64,000 nucleotides of DNA from Octopus sinensis (taxonomy: Eukaryota): the NCBI RefSeq assembly GCF_006345805.1, contig NC_042998.1, positions 51,336,001-51,400,000 on the forward strand, given 5' to 3'. Shown in pieces: positions 12,341-25,105 of the stretch (the stretch's first letter is position 1; the number at the start of each line of letters is the position of its first letter). The notes under the pieces were generated by a model. That model searched no databases and was not told the origin of the DNA. It was given only the letters and a program-made list of their open reading frames with translations. Made by a program: the position numbers and the translations under genes.

Positions 12341-14764
12341 CTTGATATTGTTGGTACTATTGATATCGCGACTATTTCTGTATGAGTGCGTTCTTTTCTA
12401 GGCTTGACTGAAGTGAATGGCAGATGTAGTGTTTTTAGATTGTTGCAGTAGTGCTTAGAGATGTTGCATATGTGTCCAATTGCATGGAAGTCAAGACTAT
12501 TGAAAAGGTTGCAAGACGCAACGAAAAGTTTAGGAAAATAAAAATAAGAAATAAGTGGAAATTTTACCACTTATTATAATGCACAAAAAGAAAATGACTC
12601 TCCCCAGACACATGGTACATGGAAGTCGTTTATCATATAATGACAGAAACTGTTGAGTTTGCAGCTTGCTTAAACAAGTATGCACCATGTATGTACAGAT
12701 GATTTATCATTAATTATTATTTTAGTTTTGTTTTGTTGGTGCCCTTGGTGTGGTTTGTGCATAAACTATTATGATGCATTCTATACTGTTATCTTTTTTA
12801 ATGTAGTTTAAGTATATTGTGGTTTAATCTGAAGGAATTGAAGGCCCAGGCAGGACCATTATAGCCTATTAGACTATGGAAAGGAGGGGCCGATGGGAGG
12901 GACTTCTGTCCTGCACGGAGGATCCTGAGTGGCCTTCGCAGGTGGCTGTGGAGCTCCTATGGGATAGTGAGCTGTGCAGGATCATGAATTCCTTCCCGGA
13001 GGACTCCTATAAATTTATACCTGTGTGGTCCGGCCTGGAACCGGGTGCATGCTTCAATGAAGCAAGGATACTGGTCGGCCGGATAACCTGAACAAGTCTA
13101 GAAAATGTGAAACATGTGACTTTCTGTGTGTTTTTCTGAACATTGTGTTATTTAAGTAAGAGGTTTATTGCCTCATTGTGTTTTTGGGGAAAAAGGAAAA
13201 AAGAACATTGTTTTAGAGAAGCGAAAGTCGGCGGGCGCTTTTCGATTTCTCCCACCATCATCATTTTTGCATCACCATCATTCATACCATTAATGTCCAT
13301 GTCCATCCCGCAAAGCTTCCATCTGTGTAATGCCCTTGTGGCAAATTATATGAAATAAAGAAGGTTGCTTCCCAACCACTTGGTTCTGAGTTCAGTCCCA
13401 CTGCAAGGCACCTTGGGCAAGTGTCTTCAACTATAGCCTCAGGCCGACCAAAGCCATGGGAGGGGATTTGGTTGGCAGAAACTCAAAGAAGCCTGTCATA
13501 GATATATAAATATATATATCTGTATGTATGTATGTATGTATGTGTGTCTGTGTTTGTCCACCTAACATTGCTTGACAACTGATGTTGATGCGTTTATGTC
13601 CCCATAACTTAGTGGTTTGGTAAAAGAGACTGATAGAATAAGTACTAGGCTTACAAAGAATAAGTCCTGAAGTTGATTTGTCCAACTAAAGGCAATGCTC
13701 CAGTATAGCCACAGTCAAATGACTGAAAAAAGTAAAAGAATAAAAGATGAAAAATAAAAACTAAGCCCAAAAATATATTTGGATACAATTAGCTTATTTA
13801 CCATTATTTCTCACAGAACCCCAAACAATGTCTTATAGAACCTTGGAGTTCCAGGATATCCTAGTTTGGAAACTGCTAATACAACTGCAACAAATAATTC
13901 TAATAAACCAAAAAGAACAAGAAGAATCCCTGCTTATCTTTTCCTTTTACTTGTTTCAGTCATTGGACTGCAGTCATGCTGGAATATTGCCTTGAAAGGG
14001 TTTAACCAAATCAAACAAATCAACTCCAGTACTTATTTTTAAAGTGTGGTACTTTATTCTATCAGTCTCTTTTGTAAAACCATTAAGTTACAGGGACATA
14101 AACAAACTAATACTGGTTATCAAGATGCGTAACAGAACCAGCACAGAGACAGAGAAAAAGAGAGAGACACACACACACACATATTTATATATGATGGGCT
14201 TCCACACAGTTTCCATCTGCCATATTAATTTACAAGCCGTTAGTCAACCCAGGACTATAGCAGAAGACACTTGCCCAAGATGCCACACAGTGGGGCTGAA
14301 TCTAAAGTCACATGGTTCCAAAGTGAACTCTTTAACCACACAGTCATGCCAGCACTTACAACTGTTGCCTATATAAATAGTCTTACTGGCTTAATGATAA
14401 ACAGTGACCTTTTTTTTTTTTGTTACATTTTGTGCTGTTAATTATGAGGTGTTGTTTTTCTCAGGACTTGCTTTTTTGGCATGTCTTCTAAATGTTCCTC
14501 TTTTTGTTTTTTGTTGTGTGGTGAATATAATGAAATTGAGTATCCTGTAATTATCTTATGTTTTGTTAATTACTAATTAGACAATTAACTGAGATCATGA
14601 GATTCCTGTGCACCTGTGTGCTCACCGTTTATTACAAAAGGTGGATGAAACAACTCTGTTATTTGAGTACTTCTGAAGGGTGAAATTCATCTATGGTTGG
14701 ATATTGAGTCCTTGATGTAACCTTCCAGAAATAGCAGCAAAATTTTCCTGGAACACACACACAC

Positions 14765-14795
<31 letters not shown>

Positions 14796-14799
14796 AAGA

Positions 14800-14828
14800 G
14801 AGATAAATAGATAGATAAATAGATAGAC

Positions 14829-14888
<60 letters not shown>

Positions 14889-14890
14889 TT

Positions 14891-14944
<54 letters not shown>

Positions 14945-14946
14945 TT

Positions 14947-15019
<73 letters not shown>

Positions 15020-15056
15020 CAGACAGATAGATAGATAAATAGATAGACAAATAGAC

Positions 15057-15088
<32 letters not shown>

Positions 15089-15099
15089 GGATAGATAGG

Positions 15100-15146
<47 letters not shown>
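14800..15146. repeat. (ATAG)n microsatellite
   Basis: Direct reading. Confidence 0.95.
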
Positions 15147-15302
15147 ACTGTTACTTAGAGTTACTCATGACTGTTTGCCAGACAGTTGTCATAATACAGA
15201 TAATACATGAATTCACACACACATAAACATATACATACATATATGTATATACTCACACACACACACATATATATATATAATACATAAATATATATACACA
15301 TA

Positions 15303-15359
<57 letters not shown>

Positions 15360-16972
15360 CATGTAAATAAACAAAGGAAAAAATGAATGTGCTGACATGC
15401 ACAAGAAATGCATTAGCTTAACACTTGGTGAAAGAAGAGAGCTTGATGTTTCAAGCATAAGCTCTTCGTTGGAAAAGAGAAAAGGAAAAGTCCAAAGATA
15501 GATAAGAAATTATGAATGGCACATGTATACACACACACGTTTGCGTGTGTGTGTGTGTGTGCGTGTGTGTATGTGTGTGTGTGAATGTAAGGATAAGCAA
15601 GTTAGACAGGTCAATATGCGAAGAATATTTAATACATTATATACAAAAACTGTATATATGTTTACATACAAAGAGGTCCAACTTGTATAAAATAGAAATG
15701 ATATTAAGAATTAAAGGGGTTTGAAGTAAAGCATTACAAAGTTGTTTCAGAGGAAAGCTGTGTAAAGAAGTGCTGACCTCTAACAATGAAGAGAATCTGT
15801 GGAAGAGGTAGACACAGGAAGACATGGGATGAGGTGGTGAAGCATGATCTTCGAATAATGGGCCTCACAGAGGCAGTGACAAGTGCCCCAGACCTTTGAC
15901 AATATGCTGTGCTTGAGAAAACTCATCAAATGAAGTGAAATCTTAATCATGGCCAATACCAGTATCCTGTAACTGGTACTCATGCTGGTGGCACATAAAA
16001 TCATCCATGCCGGTGGAACATAAAAAGCACCCATTACGCACTTGGAGTAGTTGGCATTAGGAAGGGCATCTATCCATAGAAACCATGCCGAATCAGATTG
16101 GAATTTGGTGCAGCTCTCTGGCTTACCAGTTCCAGTTACATTGTCTAACCCATAATACATAGGTATGTGTGTGCATGTGTTGCCTTGTCTTGATGTTGCA
16201 CTATAGTTGTAAATGTGTATCAGTCATACAATGTAGCATAGGTTGTTTCTGATCCTCCATGGAAACATGTCTATTCTTGAAATAATTTTTCTTGCTTGGA
16301 AATAGGTGAGGGTAGGCAATGGGAAAAACAATTGGCTATAGAAAAATTTGCTTCTACTAATCTCAGGAAAGCATGAAGAAGTGGACATCAAAATAATGGT
16401 GGTGGCAGCGGTGGTTGTAGCAATGATGGTAGTGGCAGCAATGGTAATGTGGTGGTGGTGGTGGCAGTGGAAATAGTGGTGGTGAAGGTAGTGGTATATA
16501 CATTGGTGTTTGTGGTACAGTAGTGGTGGGGGTTGTTTTTGTTGCTGGTGGTAGTGATGGTTGGTAGTGGTTGTTAGTGGTGGTGGTGGTGGTGGTGGTG
16601 GTGATTATGCTGAGGATGACATTCGTATATATATATATATATAGATATATATATAGCATGCACATCAATGATGTTAAAATGCAGCTAAATGAACATTGCT
16701 ATAGCTAAGAGGCATATTTCGATATGCTAGTTACAAATCTATATTATTTATACTATTTAAAGGATTAAAGAAGAGTTGAGATGGGTCGGTGACTGGCAGA
16801 ATATATAGAGTAAAAGACTTTAAAATGCCTCATGGTATTTAATTATATTTCTTTATACTATGAGAGTAAAGAGATGTAATTATACTCAAACAGCTCACTC
16901 TCTCTCTCGCTCATACATATACATATATATGTATGTATGTATACACACACACACACATGTACATATATAAAT

Positions 16973-17067
<95 letters not shown>

Positions 17068-17071
17068 TATA

Positions 17072-17590
17072 TCATCATCATCGTTTAGCGTCCGCTTTCC
17101 ATGCTAGCATGGGTTGGACGGGTCAACTGGGGTCTGTGAAGCTGGAAGGCTTCGTCAGGTCCAGTCAGATCTGGCAGTGTTTCTACGGCTGGATGCCCTT
17201 CCTAACGCCAACCACTCCGCGAGTGTAGTGGGTATTTTTTACGTGCCACCTGCACAGGTGCCAGACAGAGCTGGCGAACGGCCACGAACGGATGGTGCTT
17301 TTACGTGTCACCGGCACGGGGCCAGGCGATGCTGGTAACGGACACGAACGGATGGTGCTTTTACGTGCCACCGACACGGGGCCAGACAGAGCTGGCAACC
17401 GGCCACGAACGGACGGTGCTTTTACGTGTCACCGGCACGGGGGCCAGCCGAGGCTGGCAACGGACGCGAACGGATGGTGCTTTTACGTGCCACCGACACG
17501 GTTGCCAGACAGAGCTGGCAAACGGCCACGAGCGGACGGTGCTTTTACGTGTCACCGGCACGGGGGCCAGCCGAGGCTGGCAACGGACAC
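17072..17590 (-). mobile_element. Young RTE-family 3' tail with an expanded internal tandem array
   Basis: (ATC)n end, GGATGCCCTTCCTAACGCC motif, repeated 'cggatggtgcttttacgtg(t/c)caccg' units, CpGs preserved. Related tails at approx. 15740-16160, 22860-23070, 34700-35050, 35380-35645, 36590-36860, 42060-42636, 43567-44000, 51960-52630, 56035-56355. Confidence 0.8.
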
Positions 17591-17610
17591 ATATATATAT
17601 ATATACACAC

Positions 17611-17688
<78 letters not shown>

Positions 17689-17708
17689 TACATATATATT
17701 ATATATAT

Positions 17709-17757
<49 letters not shown>

Positions 17758-17832
17758 AATATTAGGGAATAAATCCAAATTTACAGGGAAAAAATCAGAT
17801 TTAGGATTAAATCCAATTTTATAGTAAAATAT

Positions 17833-18159
17833 TATAAAATATTATTAGAGACAAAACCACTATTTTGCAAAACAAACAAGGAAAGACTTAATCAATACAT
17901 AAAATTTTAATAAATAGTCAAAAAAACCGCCACTACAATTGTTACTTGTCTTGATCGACAATCTTCAGGTGGACTTCCAATAAGTCAGTTTCAAAATTTG
18001 AAACTGACTTATTGGAAGTCCACCTGAAGATTGTCGATCAAGACAAGTAACAATTGTAGTGGCGGTTTTTTTGACTATTTATTAAAATTTTATGTATTGA
18101 TTAAGTCTTTCCTTGTTTGTTTTGCAAAATAGTGGTTTTGTCTCTAATAATATTTTATA
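17833..18159. repeat. Perfect palindrome (163-bp arms, 1-nt centre at 17996), probable inverted Penelope-like terminal repeat
   Basis: Arms are exact reverse complements by eye. Embedded between (TA)n tracts and carries the hammerhead-like motif. Confidence 0.85.
18020..18062 (+). ncRNA. Minimal hammerhead-like motif with GUAA in place of GAAA; mirror copy at 17930-17972 on the minus strand
   Basis: CCAC-CUGAAGA-UUGUC(GAUCAA)GACAA-GUAAC-AAUU-GUA-GUGG. Stem I CCAC/GUGG, stem II 5 bp, palindromic ACAAUUGU stem III. Confidence 0.6.
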
Positions 18160-18539
18160 TATATATATATATATACTAGTAAGATCGAAAGTTTAAGAAG
18201 TTTGCTTCATAACCACATGGTTTCAAATTCAATCTCACCACATGGCATTTCAAGATATGTCTTCTACCATAAGATCAAGGTGGAACTAAATCTTGTAAAT
18301 GAAATTTTGGTAGACAGACATAAACTGTGCAGAAAGTCATTAGAAGGACTGTACTTGTGATTCAAAAGTCCAGTTTTGTCCTGTACAGCAATTCTATGTT
18401 AGGATTGCATTAATCTTTTTATTATATCTTTTATCTTTTACTTGTTTCAGCCATTGGAGTGCAGCCATGCTGGAGCACCACCTTGTAGAGTTTCGTTGAT
18501 CTAATTGGCTTCGGTACTTGTTATTAAGCCTGGTATATA

Positions 18540-19059
18540 CCATAAATCCTCGAGTATAATCCGCATTTTTTTCCCAAAATTTAAAGGTCAAAATCTCTAG
18601 TGCGTACTATATACAAGGTTAAAAATGAAAATTATTTTCTAAGCAATGTTCAAGTCTCTATTTGCTGTCCGGCAATGTTTATTCAGACGCATTTTGCGAT
18701 GTTGGGCACGAAAATACCTTAAGCTAAGCCTAAAAGCAATGAAGTCAAAAAAGAATCATCCATAACTTGCAGTAAGCAACATTTATTGAATGTTATTACT
18801 GTTATTATTGTTTTTTTTTATTTTCTCCAAACAAAATGCACAAAACAGCTACACATTTGCATTATGTTATATATATAATAATAATAAAGGATGTTACCGT
18901 ATATATTTTTACAAACCAAGGACGTTATATAGACCTCCTTGACTCAAGTTAGAGAAGAGGTGCGTATTATACACAAGGTTTAGGTTTTTCAGAGGTACAA
19001 CCCCCTAAAAATCCCCTGCGTATTATACTCAAGGGCAGACTATACTCGAGGATTTACAG
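18540..19059. mobile_element. pogo/Tigger-type (Tc1-mariner superfamily) non-autonomous element nested in a SINE
   Basis: TA|CCATAAATCCTCGAGTATA...TATACTCGAGGATTTACAG|TA, with TA target duplication. Interrupts a family A SINE. Confidence 0.8.
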
Positions 19060-21036
19060 TATTCTAATACTCTGTTTTGTCAAACTGGTCTCTTTTGCTG
19101 AAACACAAAGACATTACCCATACACATTTTTGTTTGCATTAGTGTCTTGAGTTCTAGAACACATAAGGGCTGGCTACCCAGTTTCCATTACATATAAGTG
19201 ATTGAAATTACAACATTCTCAACTAAACAGGATGCCAGTCCATCACAAGGATCACTCATTTACAGCAAAGTCCTAGGACTCATAAGGGCTGGTTACTCAG
19301 TTTCTATGGCATATAAGCAATCAAAATTACAGCATTCTCTACTAAATGAGATGCCAGTCCATCAAAGGAGGTCACTCATTTGCAGTAAAGTGGATTGAAG
19401 CCACATGAAATAAAGTATTTTACTCAAGGGCATGACACACCTCTTGGTCCTGGAATTGAACCACTATCTTGTAATTGTGAGTGCAACACCCTAACCACCA
19501 AACCACACACCTTCACACACAGAAAATGGACTAAACAGAACAGAAGGAGAAACATGGGGTGTAAAGTCACTGAAGAGGTCACAGGTGTGTGGCAAAAGAT
19601 TTCAGACAATGGATATAGAATAAGAACAATGCAAATAAACAAGGAAAGAATGAGTATATAGCGCATGTGTTTATTTGGCAAGAAAAAAAAAATATCCTCC
19701 TGAAATATGACAATATCTGTTTCAGCATACCAGGAATCTTTCAAAACAAATTCATAAACATAAAATATATATATATAATCAAAATAATAACACAGAAATA
19801 CTTTGATATATTTTTAATGATCAGTTACAATTGTTTCTGTACTAACTCTGCTTTCAATTCCAGTTTATATAAAATTTCAATGTGAAAATGTATGTAATAG
19901 GCATAGGAGTGGCTGTATGGTAAGTAGCTTGCTTACCAACAACATAGTTCCAGGTTCAGTCCCACTGTGTGACACCTTAGGCAAGTGTCTTCTACTATAG
20001 CCTGTGTGTGTGTGTGTGTTTGTGTATCTGTGTTTGTCCCCCCCCAACATCACTTGACAACCGATGCTGGTGTGTTTACGTCCCCGTAACTTAGCAGTTC
20101 AACAAAAGAGACGGATAGAATAAGTACTAGGCTTACAAAGAATCAGTCCTGGGGCCGATTTGCTCGACTAGAGGCGGTGCTCCAGCATGGCCACAGTCAA
20201 ATGACTGAAACAAGTAAATGAGTAAAAAGAGAGTAATATTTGTGCTTTTTAGACATTATGTAATAATGGAATAGTATATTATTATATATATGTATTAATT
20301 AAATTATATATTCTGCATGTTATTGCATTTTGTTATGCATGTGATTATCTGGTTTGTGGAAAAATTGTCTTGCATGAAACCAGTCCATTTCATAAAAAAA
20401 GTTGATAATAGCTGAACTAATATATTGGTTTTGCTTAAGTCATTGGCATGTGGTTTGAAGGAAATTTAGTTGCTATTTCTTATAACTTGAACGACAGTGT
20501 CATATTTTCATCAATGATTCAGATGAAGTGTTTACACTGATCAGTGTCAAACAGGTAATAAACTACTGAAATTTCATTATAAAAATTCTAACCATAAATT
20601 CTCATTCATTTCATTGGTTAGGTCAATTATCTAGTACTGAAAACATCAGAGATTAATATATGCACTCGAGAATATACTGTATATATATAAATTTCTTTCA
20701 CCATTTTCAGTTAAGTCTATTCAGTTTATTTTATGAGATCTCAGAATTAGTCAACGTTATTTGTGGTGAGAGAGTACATACCTCAAGTACATTTAGTAAA
20801 AACCTCATGCGTATCAGTGTCATCATCATCATCGTCGTTATCATTGTTGTTGTCGTTGTCATCATCATCATCATTTTAATGTTAAATTTTCCATGTTTGC
20901 ATGAGTTGGATGGAAAATGTTGATATTTTCTATGGCCAGATGTCCTTCCTGTCACCAACCTTTGCATATTTCCAAGCTAAGTAATATTTACATTATTTAC
21001 ATTCGACGGATATTTGTTCTCATCTTGTTTGTTGTT

Positions 21037-21082
21037 AACACAACGTTTCGGCTGATATACCCTCCAGCCTTCTTCAGGTGTC
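21037..21082 (-). ncRNA. Minimal type I hammerhead ribozyme (Penelope-like element type)
   Basis: Minus strand reads GACAC-CUGAAGA-A-GGCUG(GAGGGUAUAU)CAGCC-GAAAC-GUU-GUGUU. Intact core, 5-bp stem II, palindromic AACGUU stem III, and GACAC/GUGUU stem I. Sits in a ~150-bp fragment (about 20980-21130) next to (ATT)n. Confidence 0.75.
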
Positions 21083-21143
21083 TTGGGGAAATTTCGAACC
21101 TGGGTTCTCATTCCTAAGGTATTCTTTGATGTTATTATTATTA

Positions 21144-21198
<55 letters not shown>

Positions 21199-21639
21199 GG
21201 CATATGGCGTAGTGGTTAAGAGCACGGGCTACTAACCCCAAGATTCTGAGTTTGATTCCAAGCAGTGACCGAAACAATAATGATAATAATAATAATAATA
21301 AGATGACATGAATCAGCCAAGCTTTACCTGCTATAAGTAGCAACTCAAATGCTTTTAAATCAGATTTAATACTGGATGTTCAAGAACCAAATGAAGGGCA
21401 GATTTTCAGTCCCAGGATCATGCTGATTCCGAAACAAAATAATATGTCTGTGTAAAGCAACTGTAGAATGAGATACAGGGGTCCCAGACAAACAGAATTG
21501 AATTTCACTTTTATTATAATTGATTGTTTCAATAGAACTTAGTTCATAAGTTCTTAGAAGCTAATGCATTTAACTGTAACTTTTTTTTATCCCTTTATTT
21601 TCCAATTCATAAATCTTGGTAAAAAGAATGGTCTTCAAC

Positions 21640-22030
21640 CAGTGTGTGCTGTTTATCATTACATATGCATGAGAAACATGGACTATCAACAAGAGAATTG
21701 AAAATAAATTAAGATCAACACAAAGAGCCACAGAAGGAGAATGCTTAAGCTTAACAAAATGTGTAAGTGGAGAAACAACAGGATAAGAGCGTCAAGAGTA
21801 TTACTAGTCTTTTGCAGAACATGTGTTTAGAAGAAAAGACAACTGATGGAATAGTAAATTGACAGAATGGACACCATGTCCAGAAAAAAGAAGTTAGGGG
21901 AAGACTATGCAGAATTTGGAATGAAGACTTTATTAAATTCTTCAGCACCAAACTTGGATGAGAAAAACATCAGACCATCGTCGGTGGAGAGAACATGCTG
22001 AGGCCTTTGTCCAGCAGTGGACTGAACATG
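21640..22030 (+). mobile_element. Decayed LINE 3' end (RTE-like)
   Basis: Terminal W-R-E-H-A-E-A-F-V-Q-Q-W-T motif, with upstream remnants of a 'AEHV.RR' and 'GR' motif. Confidence 0.6.
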
Positions 22031-22822
22031 TGCAAGAATGATGTAAGTATGTATGCATGTACATACGTACGTTGTACAGCATCTCAGGCTTAAAGCAAAA
22101 GAAGAAAGGAAGAAATCTTGGTTGTTAACCATTTTCAAAGTTGGCTTTGAATTCTAAACATTTATTTGTAAAGTAGGGTTTATTTACAATTTCTGGAACC
22201 TATGATAACCTCCTCCTCCTCCTTGTCTTTTAACATTCACTTTTCCATTCTTGCATGAGTCAGACAGGCTTTCTTGAGGTACATTTTCTATAGATTTATG
22301 CTCTTCTTGTTGTCAACCCTTATCTATTTCCACACACACTATTGGAAATGAATGACATTTGTTTATAACAGTTGAGTGATGTCAAGACAAAAAGACACAT
22401 ATTCTCCTACATTCCCACTCATACACACACACACACACCACACACACACATACACAATTTCACTTAGGCGTAGTAATATGCTTTAAAATAAAGAGTTAGT
22501 TGAGTACAGAGCATAATATGAAATAAAATAAAAGACAAAGGAACTGGAAATTATGCAATAAATATCATTACCTTACAGCTGTTTCTGCTATAGGATGCAA
22601 TGTTTTCCCCAAATAACTTGCATTTCATTTTGAAATACCAGGGAAGCTATATAATGATCCACAAACACTCAGCTCTTAGTGCACTGTATCTTATAGAAGA
22701 AACAGCTGTAAGCTAATGAAGCTCATTACATAATTTCATGTTCCTTTGTCATTTATTTAATTCCATTCATTCATTTATACATACATACATAAGTACACAC
22801 TTACACACACACACACACACCG

Positions 22823-22857
<35 letters not shown>

Positions 22858-24129
22858 TATGCCCTTGTGCCGGCGGCATGTAAAAGTACCCACTACACAC
22901 TCGGAGTGGTTGGCATTAGGAAGGGCATCCAGCTGTAGAAACTCTGCCAGATCAGACTGGAGCCTGGTGTAGCCATCTGGTTCGCCAGTCCTCAGTCAAA
23001 TCGTCCAACCCATGCTAGAATGGAAAGCAGATGTTAAACGATGATGATGATGAGGATGAGGATGAGGATGATGCACATACAGTAGGCTTCATTCACTTTC
23101 TACCAAATCTGCTCACAAGACTTTAGTCAGCATGGGTCTACAATAGGGTCTACACTTGTCCAAGGAGACACACTGTAAAACTGTACCTGAACCGATGTTA
23201 GAGAAGCAAACTTCTCAATCACAGAGACATGTTCCCATCATTTTTAAGCCACAGGATACCTTGAATTACATTATCCAATGTATCTTCCATATCTTTTATT
23301 TCTGAAGCTGACAGAGCATAATTCAAGGAAAATTCAGCTGCTATTTTTAGCAGGTCAAGCAACTGCATTGGGGGGATCCTTCATTGGTTCAGAATGGATA
23401 ACAATGCTATCAATGGCAACAATAATGGTTTTTTGTTAAAGTACTTCTATTTCAAGAGTAAAAAAGGAGGAAAATGTAAATGATGAGGTTGTGTGCATCA
23501 TTACTCTATAGATCCAATTCATCTCCTTCCATACCCAACCCTCCGCAAAATTAAAGAAATATGTTTATTAATCAAAATTTAATTATGGGTAGTGTCAGTG
23601 CTTGAGAATAACGAGCCACTGTCACTTTGTCAAACTGTGACTATTACCAGATTGTTTGGTGAACATAGAAGAATATGTTTTTTTCTTTTAAATGTCATGC
23701 TTTGGTCGACTTACTTGTCAAAGGATATTTTTGGCTGCAATTAAGAATTTTTTTTTTTCTGTTGTTGTGGTTACTGTTTTTTTTTTTTTTAGCCTTTTTG
23801 AATTATTTTTCAAAACACAATTGTGAACAACAAACAGCAGCACAAAATGAAAGACAACAATACAAGGAGAAATAAACAATAATGCAAACATGAACATCAA
23901 GAACAAAAACAAAAATGATTCAATGACAACATAAAAAAAAAAAATGAGCAGCACAAAAATAAGCAGCAAGAAATAATTCAACAATGTCAACAGAAATGTA
24001 CAATAATAATATTAATAGCACACAAATAAACAACAGCAATCACAATACACAAACAAAAAGTATTATATAAATCAAAAACAACACAACAAATGAGAAGAAA
24101 TTGGGAATAATAACAGCAACAACAATAAC

Positions 24130-24176
<47 letters not shown>

Positions 24177-24388
24177 TAATAATCCTGTTTACTAAAGGCA
24201 CAAAGCCCGAAATTTTAGAGGAGGGGACAAGTCAATTGCATCAACCCCCAGTACATGGCCCTGAAAGGACGAAAGGCAAAATCGACTTCAGTGGAATTTG
24301 AACTCAGAACGTAAAGAAAGACGAAATGCCACCAAGCATTTGACCCAGTGAGCTAACGATTTTGCCAGCTCACCGCCTTTCAGCACGC

Positions 24389-24672
<284 letters not shown>

Positions 24673-25043
24673 GTTTCAAATATTGGCACAAGACCAGCAA
24701 TTGTGGAGGAGGGGTAAGTTGAGGCAAAGTTGACCTTGGCAAAATTTGAAATCAGACAAAATGCCACTAATCATTCTGCCCCGCATTCTAATGATTCTGC
24801 CACCTTGCTACCATGATAATAATGATAATTGTTTCAAATTTTGGCACGAGGCCAGCAATTTAGGAGGATGGGGTAAGTCGATTACATCAAGCCCAGTTTT
24901 CAACTAATACTTATTTCATCATATCTGAAAGGATGAAAGGCAAAGACAACCTTGGTGGGGTTTGAACTCAGAACATAGCAGCAGATGAAATACTGCTAAG
25001 CATTTTGCCTGGCATGCTGACGATTCAGCCAGCTTGCTGCCCC

Positions 25044-25074
<31 letters not shown>

Positions 25075-25105
25075 GTAGTAGTAGTAGTAGTAGTAGTAGT
25101 AATAA

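Noticed and set aside
21196-21270. tRNA-like sequence (GGCGTAGTGGTTAAG...GAGTTTGATTCC)
   Set aside because: It has A and B boxes but no complete cloverleaf or acceptor stem, and is embedded in ATT/AAT repeats. It is a SINE head.
23715-23734. 20-nt minus-strand microexon-like segment (CAG|...|GTAAGT)
   Set aside because: The acceptor lacks a polypyrimidine tract and the length is not 3n.
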